Origin: a virus
Virus record (IMG/VR): IMGVR_UViG_3300042199_000067
DNA: 36,052 nucleotides
Direction: 5' to 3' (one strand)
In this document: piece by piece, positions 31,418-36,052 of the stretch
How the letters are laid out: every line of letters starts with the position of its first letter
Position numbering within the stretch: position 1 is the stretch's first letter
Notes under the pieces: model-generated
Database searches by the model: none
The model's input: the letters and a program-made list of their open reading frames with translations, nothing else
What the model was told of the DNA's origin: nothing
Translations under genes and position numbers: made by a program

Positions 31418-31627
31418 ATGTTGGAAATGTTAATGGCTTTTATCAAATCTCTACCTACTTGGTTAAGTCAAGTGGTAGAGGTTCTTGTTGTCGCTGTTGT
31501 ATTTTTAACGATAATGACATTTCTTGCTGGTGTATGGTGTGGTATACGCATTATTGGGCGTAGGGCGAATAGTATTGAAGAAATACAATTCTTCCCACCA
31601 AAAGTTACATTCAAAAATAAAGAATAA
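31418..31627 (+). CDS. 69-aa membrane protein, holin-type lysis candidate
   Basis: ATG lies 2 nt after the fibre stop. Hydrophobic span VVEVLVVAVVFLTIMTFLAGVWCGIRII, then a charged C-terminus. Last gene of the late operon. Confidence 0.4.
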   Translation: MLEMLMAFIKSLPTWLSQVVEVLVVAVVFLTIMTFLAGVWCGIRIIGRRANSIEEIQFFPPKVTFKNKE

Positions 31628-31634
31628 ATATATG

Positions 31635-31743
31635 TGTAGATGGGCAATGAAGTTCCGTTAACCCTGTCACATGTTGTGAAGGTCGTTGTTTAAGTAATCT
31701 AATGCCATTAGATGTTATTTCCTGATGTTATTGCCCATCTACA
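31635..31743 (+). other. Long-range inverted repeat (14-bp perfect arms, 81-nt spacer) in the 3' UTR of the late operon; possible structured RNA, processing site or protein-binding site
   Basis: tgtagatgggcaat (31635-31648) is the exact reverse complement of attgcccatctaca (31730-31743). A second complementary pair, ctgtcaca 31664-31671 / tgtgacag 31754-31761, interleaves with it. Confidence 0.5.
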
Positions 31744-31793
31744 TCTTATATCCTGTGACAGAATTAAAATAATAATCACAGATGTAAACAATT

Positions 31794-31820
31794 AAGCCTG
31801 CAATTAGCAGGCTTTTTTTT
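31794..31820 (+). terminator. Rho-independent terminator closing the late operon
   Basis: 8-bp stem aagcctgc / gcaggctt, aatta loop, T8 run. Confidence 0.9.
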
Positions 31821-31909
31821 ACCCTAAATGCTTGTATGTTAAATCAAGGTATAATATACTCAATATACGGCGCCATTGCGTGCCAGTTTTTCACTTTGCC
31901 CTAATAGCA

Positions 31910-31937
31910 TTGTGTTTACCTACATCTATTGTATAAT
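31910..31937 (+). promoter_or_regulatory. Sigma70-type promoter candidate (TTGTGT-16 nt-TATAAT)
   Basis: Hexamers read at 31910-31915 and 31932-37, about 35 nt upstream of ATG 31973, which has an AAGGA RBS. Confidence 0.45.
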
Positions 31938-31972
31938 TACTTTAATGCGAGAGCAGACATTAAGGAAATGAA

Positions 31973-32278
31973 ATGACAAACTTAAATCATGAAATTTTAG
32001 TAGAACAGATAATAAATCCAACTACTAAAAAAATTAATTTAATTGATATAATTGAAGATATGGATAGAAAGGTTCTTGAGATTTCAAGACAAACTAAGCC
32101 AACTAAAATAGCGAAAGCATACGCAGAAGAAGAAGAACAAAAATTATTGTTTTTGCAAGATATAATTAAAAGATGTGTTAGGTCAGCGTACGATGATGTA
32201 GAAGCATATGAAAAAACTACTCATTGGTCAACATTAAAAAAACATTACGACATTGAAGTAATCGTAAAAGAAAAATAA
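31973..32278 (+). CDS. Early protein, unknown function (101 aa)
   Basis: AAGGA RBS with 6-nt spacing. Charged and helical. Followed by a terminator. Confidence 0.65.
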   Translation: MTNLNHEILVEQIINPTTKKINLIDIIEDMDRKVLEISRQTKPTKIAKAYAEEEEQKLLFLQDIIKRCVRSAYDDVEAYEKTTHWSTLKKHYDIEVIVKEK

Positions 32279-32280
32279 TA

Positions 32281-32299
32281 AAAGCCCGAAAGGGCTTTT
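32281..32299. terminator. Bidirectional hairpin terminator between convergent genes
   Basis: 7-bp stem aaagccc / gggcttt with gaaa loop. T-rich on both strands after the stem. Confidence 0.65.
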
Positions 32300-32579
32300 A
32301 ACTTAATAACTTAACTAATACCATTAACTGTTGATATTCAGTTTGTATGTGTGGGTGTTCTTTACATACTTGTAGCATCTCTGCCCAGTTATCAAAATCA
32401 TGTAAGAACTGTTTTAGTTCTGGTTCGGGCATTAGTATTGCCATTTCACGCTCACGACTATAAGTTATAGTTTCATGTGGATTCATGGGCAATTTGAATT
32501 CTTGTATGCGTTGTAATATTTCACCAGTAGGTTCTATCTTGCAACGGTACATTTGTTCTAACATTGTTTTATCATTCAT
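32298..32579 (-). CDS. Reverse-strand early-region protein, unknown function (93 aa; GTG at 32600 would add 7 aa)
   Basis: ORF on the minus strand, bounded by a terminator and the divergent control region. No helix-turn-helix or other motif recognised. Confidence 0.55.
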   Translation of the reverse strand: MNDKTMLEQMYRCKIEPTGEILQRIQEFKLPMNPHETITYSREREMAILMPEPELKQFLHDFDNWAEMLQVCKEHPHIQTEYQQLMVLVKLLS

Positions 32580-32653
32580 ATACTTACTTATCAAAAACAC
32601 AAAAAAACAGCCTTAATTAGGCGTTTTTTTAACATTTTTATAAATACATGTGA

Positions 32654-32671
32654 TGTTGTATTTTTACAACA
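32654..32671. promoter_or_regulatory. Inverted repeat TGTTGTA-tttt-TACAACA overlapping a leftward promoter candidate
   Basis: 7-bp arms read directly. On the minus strand, TTGTAA-17 nt-TATTTA lies here, upstream of the minus-strand gene. Confidence 0.4.
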
Positions 32672-32727
32672 GTTACCCAAAAAACTTTACAGACACAGTA
32701 AAATATGATTAAATACACTTGTAACTT

Positions 32728-32754
32728 TTGACAGAGTTACATTCCTTCTAATGT
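32728..32754 (+). promoter_or_regulatory. Rightward promoter candidate (TTGACA-15 nt-TAATGT)
   Basis: Consensus -35 at 32728-32733. The -10 spacing is short (15 nt). An alternative is TTTACA (32686)-17 nt-TTAAAT (32709). Confidence 0.4.
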
Positions 32755-32759
32755 CAATC

Positions 32760-32788
32760 GTGAGTGAGTGTTGGTAGCACTCACTCAC
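32760..32788. promoter_or_regulatory. Perfect 11-bp palindrome GTGAGTGAGTG-ttggtag-CACTCACTCAC at the predicted start of the rightward early transcript (operator or 5' stem-loop)
   Basis: Read directly. Lies 6 nt downstream of the TAATGT hexamer and 52 nt upstream of ATG 32840. Confidence 0.6.
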
Positions 32789-32839
32789 ACTCTCTACCAA
32801 GAGTTTGACATAACGAAGACCATTAGAAAAGGAATTGAA

Positions 32840-33001
32840 ATGAGCAAAGATTTAAGTTTAGAAAAGGTTATGAGCCTACAACAAGAGTTGGAAGAGGCAC
32901 TAGAAAACTATTGGCATTTTTTAGATGTGGGCGATTATCGTCTTGCTGATATGTGGAATGAAATCGTTGACCAGATTAGCAAAGACATAAGGAGTCTATG
33001 A
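32840..33001 (+). CDS. 53-aa acidic early protein
   Basis: The track starts at GTG 32768, inside the palindrome. ATG 32840 follows AAAAGGAATTGAA. Sequence begins MSKDLSLEKVMSLQQELEEALENYWHFLDVGDY… and is D/E-rich. Confidence 0.55.
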   Translation: MSKDLSLEKVMSLQQELEEALENYWHFLDVGDYRLADMWNEIVDQISKDIRSL

Positions 33002-33165
33002 TGTGGATACTATTTTTTATAGTTTATGGATTATTGTTAATGTGTTTTTTCATTCTTGGATATGATGATTACAAATATAATCGTGACAGTAAAATAAAAA
33101 CATTATCCAATAGTGAACAAACAAAAAGATATCAAGAACTTTATAAAAGTTGGAAAGGAAAATGA
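32998..33165 (+). CDS. 55-aa single-pass membrane mini-protein
   Basis: ATGA overlap with the upstream stop. Hand translation: MMWILFFIVYGLLLMCFFILGYDDYKYNRDSKIKTLSNSEQTKRYQELYKSWKGK. Confidence 0.45.
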   Translation: MMWILFFIVYGLLLMCFFILGYDDYKYNRDSKIKTLSNSEQTKRYQELYKSWKGK

Positions 33166-33166
33166 A

Positions 33167-33274
33167 ATGTATACGACATTATTATTAATATGGGCAGTTA
33201 GTGTGATTGTATTAGAATTGTATACGATACATGTATTGAAAGGATATGTCAATGATAAACAAAGAATTGAGTAA
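33167..33274 (+). CDS. 35-aa hydrophobic mini-ORF (tentative)
   Basis: Hand translation: MYTTLLLIWAVSVIVLELYTIHVLKGYVNDKQRIE. It fills the gap to the primase gene and overlaps that gene's start. Confidence 0.25.
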   Translation: MYTTLLLIWAVSVIVLELYTIHVLKGYVNDKQRIE

Positions 33275-34100
33275 TTTACCATGGCGTTATGTTAACATCA
33301 AGAATGGTGAGAAGGTGCCGATTGGTAATGGTTGGCAAAAACATCCACATACATTAAGTGAAATCACAACAAACAATATTGGCGTTGTATTAGGCCCAGC
33401 TAGTGCTGGGCTTTGTGCCATTGACTTTGATGGCATTGAAGCAATAGACCATTTCAACAATACTTTTCCAGAGATTGATATCACAAGTTTAGATACTGTG
33501 ATGTGGACTAGTGGCAAAGAATATCGTATGCAGGCTGCGTTTACAATACCAGAGATATATTGGGATGTATTGAAACGCAAGGTTGTCAACAAACTAGAGT
33601 TTCGTTGGACTAACACACAAAGCATATTGCCACCAAGTACATTAAATGATGGGCGTGAATATGTATGGATCAAAAAGCCTAGTGAAGTTAATGTATTAGA
33701 ATTACCAGAACAGATACTTGTATATTGGCTAAATCTCATGCTTGAAGAACATACTAAGTATGATAACATTCCACAAACAACATATGAACCTATAGAAGTT
33801 GACCAATATTATGTTGATGAATTGTTGACTAGGATTAAAAATAAAGTTGGGCACTTACAAGGAGATTATGATGTTTGGCGTACGATTGCATGGGCAACAT
33901 GTAGTGCAGTTGGCATACAAAGTGCAGTACATTTGATGCTAAAACATTGGCCCTATAAAACTAAAAAAGAAAAAAGTACCTTACATGCGTGGCGTCAAGG
34001 ACATGGGCCCACATTAGGTACATTGATTAAATTAAGCGGTATTAGCAGGGACGATAGAGAACTGTTAGAATTACAAATAAAATTAAGGAAAAAGAAATGA
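33246..34100 (+). CDS. Archaeo-eukaryotic primase (Prim-Pol)-like replication protein
   Basis: NIGVVLGPASAGLCAIDFDG matches the hhhDhD catalytic strand of bifunctional primase/polymerase N-terminal domains. It sits directly upstream of the NTPase and is coupled to it by ATGA. ATG 33252 has better RBS spacing than 33246. The expected SGxGxH motif is not clean (WTSGKEYRMQ). Confidence 0.5.
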   Translation: MSMINKELSNLPWRYVNIKNGEKVPIGNGWQKHPHTLSEITTNNIGVVLGPASAGLCAIDFDGIEAIDHFNNTFPEIDITSLDTVMWTSGKEYRMQAAFTIPEIYWDVLKRKVVNKLEFRWTNTQSILPPSTLNDGREYVWIKKPSEVNVLELPEQILVYWLNLMLEEHTKYDNIPQTTYEPIEVDQYYVDELLTRIKNKVGHLQGDYDVWRTIAWATCSAVGIQSAVHLMLKHWPYKTKKEKSTLHAWRQGHGPTLGTLIKLSGISRDDRELLELQIKLRKKK

Positions 34101-35866
34101 GTCAGGTAATAGAAATGTTAACAGATGAACAAAGATTAGTAGATGAATTACAAAAACAAATACAGCAAAAACAGCGTGATATTGATAACTGGCGTGATAA
34201 GATTAATGATGCTGATGATACATTAAGCACATTAAAAATTAACGAGCCATTAACAACAGACAGAAAACAAAAACAACAACTCAAAAACGATATCAAGGCA
34301 TTGACAGAGCAAATTAAACAATGGAAAAAGAATGTTGAAAACGATGAAAAGATATTAAGTGAGGCTAAGTTTAGTCTTAAGAAATATAACGCAAAAAAGT
34401 ATGAACAAAAGAACAAAGAAAGTAATAAAAATACAGCGGAAAAAGTCTTTGACGAACACAATATACATTACATCATCTTTGACCAGCAATGGTGGTCAGT
34501 AGATCCAGCTGGCGATAGAATGAGCGTCAAGATTAACAGTAGTGAAGCAGGCGTCATCAAAGACTTGATTTTCAATGACAGTGGTCGTGAGATACAAGTT
34601 GAACAAGAATTAAAAGCATTAGCAAAAGAACTTGGCAGAATGTATAAACATATGGTTCGTGACTTTGAACCAGATAGGCCTGGCGTATACAATCAGATGA
34701 ACACTATTCGTAAGCAATGGTTAGAGCCAATCTATGATGTAACTCCACATGATAGTTTTAGATTGTTGTTATTGAGTATTGCGGGCGGAGATGATGACTA
34801 TGCGGATCAATTAGAAAAGTGGGTAGCATATCGTTATTGTAATCCACAAGATGTTATGGTTCCAAACATTGACAGTTGTGCTATTGGTGGCACAGGGCGT
34901 GATACTTTTTACAATATACTACGCAGTATTTTTACTGATGAATGCTGTGGTAGCGTAGGTACAGAGACATTCAAGGGCACACATAATGGTGACTTGTTTG
35001 GTAAAATGGTCATTAAAGTTGATGAAAAAGACAGTTATAGCGTGCCAATTGATAAAGTCAAAGAGTTCACAGGTAGCAATCGTTATCGTCATCGTGCTAT
35101 GAATAAAGATGCTAGAGATGTAGCAAGATTGTTTAGTTTTATCTTTTTTAGAAATGGCTTTACAAGCACAGCAAAACTAGCAGGGACAGGCACAAGTGGT
35201 GAGGATCGCAGATTTGAGCCTATCATTGCTAGAGTTAACTTGCCACGACATTTAGCGTTTTATCACAAACTTATCAATAATATCAATGAGATTCCTGATG
35301 AAGCAACAATCAAAGCAATGACTATATTGATTAAAGAATGGCAACAAAAATACTATAAAAACGAGACTAGAATTAGCGAATGGTTGGGTCATATTATCAC
35401 TAAACACAACGCTAAAAACATGACTGAATTACTACCATTGCATGGAAAGTATTATACTGAGATGCTTACAAGACAGAAAAAGGGTATTGATGGATTCATG
35501 CCAAAATTCATGAATTTGATGGGTATGGGTATCAGCACAGTCATTAATATCACACAAGCACATAAACTATATGAAGCCGCAGAAAGTCAGAAATGTAAGA
35601 AAGATTATTTCAAGAATGAAATGATGTATTGGCTCAACAATCATATGGGTTGGGACTGTGAAGAAGTTACTGTAGATTGCTATACATGGAAAGGCTGTAG
35701 AAACGAAGATAGACGCAAAATGACTGTTGTACAGAACAAACTAAATGTTCCAGAAAGTTATATGTTTAATATTACAGACTTTATTGATACAGATGCTACA
35801 GATGAAAAGGGTACAACTGTGGGAGAAAAGATTAATGTGTTCAGTATTCGTGATGAATTACGGTAA
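34097..35866 (+). CDS. D5/P4-type (SF3-like) replicative NTPase/helicase candidate with N-terminal coiled coil and a deviant P-loop
   Basis: AIGGTGRDTFYNILRSIF aligns with the G-x-GG-x-GKSTF-x-x-L-L P-loop of D5/P4-family NTPases, but has R-D in place of K-S. Walker B is GKMVIKVDEKD. 589 aa. The first about 110 aa are K/Q/E-rich coiled coil. Confidence 0.5.
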   Translation: MSQVIEMLTDEQRLVDELQKQIQQKQRDIDNWRDKINDADDTLSTLKINEPLTTDRKQKQQLKNDIKALTEQIKQWKKNVENDEKILSEAKFSLKKYNAKKYEQKNKESNKNTAEKVFDEHNIHYIIFDQQWWSVDPAGDRMSVKINSSEAGVIKDLIFNDSGREIQVEQELKALAKELGRMYKHMVRDFEPDRPGVYNQMNTIRKQWLEPIYDVTPHDSFRLLLLSIAGGDDDYADQLEKWVAYRYCNPQDVMVPNIDSCAIGGTGRDTFYNILRSIFTDECCGSVGTETFKGTHNGDLFGKMVIKVDEKDSYSVPIDKVKEFTGSNRYRHRAMNKDARDVARLFSFIFFRNGFTSTAKLAGTGTSGEDRRFEPIIARVNLPRHLAFYHKLINNINEIPDEATIKAMTILIKEWQQKYYKNETRISEWLGHIITKHNAKNMTELLPLHGKYYTEMLTRQKKGIDGFMPKFMNLMGMGISTVINITQAHKLYEAAESQKCKKDYFKNEMMYWLNNHMGWDCEEVTVDCYTWKGCRNEDRRKMTVVQNKLNVPESYMFNITDFIDTDATDEKGTTVGEKINVFSIRDELR

Positions 35867-35868
35867 AA

Positions 35869-36010
35869 TAGCGTAGAAGTCCAGCGTAGAACACCAGCGT
35901 AAATCGTGTTTTTTTAGCGAAATCAAAAAAAAAAATAAAAAATATTTTTTTCTAGAAAATAATAAAAAAACCTAAAATACGCTGGCTTTCTACGCTACTG
36001 TTCTACGCTA
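35869..36010. promoter_or_regulatory. Candidate origin of replication: three AGCGTA(GAA) boxes, a 76-bp A/T-tract spacer, then three inverted boxes
   Basis: The left arm is tagcgtagaaGTCCagcgtagaaCACcagcgta (35869-35901). The right arm, tacgctggCTTtctacgctACTGttctacgcta (35978-36010), is its imperfect reverse complement. The spacer contains A11, T7 and A7 runs. It starts 3 nt after the helicase stop. The right arm is duplicated at 53-85. Confidence 0.5.
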
Positions 36011-36052
36011 GTTAAATAGTAGATGAAGCCAAAAATACATGATATTGTTACT
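35926..36052. repeat. Terminal overlap, second copy of 1-127
   Basis: Exact identity with 1-127. Confidence 0.95.

Noticed and set aside
31832-31857. TTGTAT … TATAAT/TAATAT, considered as a promoter just after the late terminator.
   Set aside because: The spacer is only 12-14 nt. The candidate at 31910-31937 has proper 16-nt spacing.
31628-31972. Looked for a tRNA or other standard RNA gene in the largest intergenic region, and elsewhere.
   Set aside because: No cloverleaf-compatible acceptor/T-arm pairing or GTTCGAATC-type T-loop was seen. The structure present is the long inverted repeat reported separately.
32608-32632. A7-gcct-aatta-aggc-T7 hairpin, considered as a bidirectional terminator or attenuator.
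   Set aside because: The stem is only 4 bp plus A-U extensions across a 2-nt mismatch. Its position upstream of both divergent genes gives it no obvious transcript to terminate. It is kept only as part of the control-region finding.

Overview
The window is one complete tailed-phage genome, podovirus-like in gene order, that closes on itself. Bases 1-127 are identical to 35926-36052, so the unit length is 35,925 bp. It is visibly AT-rich and gene-dense, and all but two genes are on the + strand.

Recognisable content:
- A P22-like head block: small-terminase candidate, TerL 18197-19807, portal 21028-23310, scaffold, and coat 24894-26066 followed by a strong terminator. After it come adaptor/hub-position ORFs and an 1156-aa Asn-rich tail fibre.
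- A short early/replication block: a divergent control region with palindromes, an AEP primase-like ORF and an SF3/D5-like NTPase. I could recognise no DNA polymerase, RNA polymerase, integrase or endolysin.
- An origin-like cluster of inverted AGCGTAGAA boxes around a 76-bp A/T tract.
- A second late block (2191-13870) with large structural ORFs and Gln/Ala-rich ejection-type proteins.

Most noteworthy:
1. A translationally coupled GDP-mannose 3,5-epimerase plus fucosyltransferase-like gene pair (406-2156) heads the operon that encodes Thr/Ser-rich virion proteins. This is a candidate phage-encoded L-sugar glycosylation system.
2. A 1440-aa mosaic protein (5651-9973) has a C-terminal third of about 400 codons of Thr-Gly/Ser-Gly dipeptides. 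They are encoded by a 1.2-kb hexanucleotide microsatellite with perfect internal tandem duplications.
3. An island of eight tightly packed small ORFs, mostly very basic (14910-17039), includes two that share an exact GRGPTKGN motif.
4. A Dps/ferritin-like gene closes the ejection-protein operon.
5. The replicative NTPase has an apparent Lys-to-Arg P-loop.

All functional calls rest on motifs read by eye, gene order and composition. No database search was possible.
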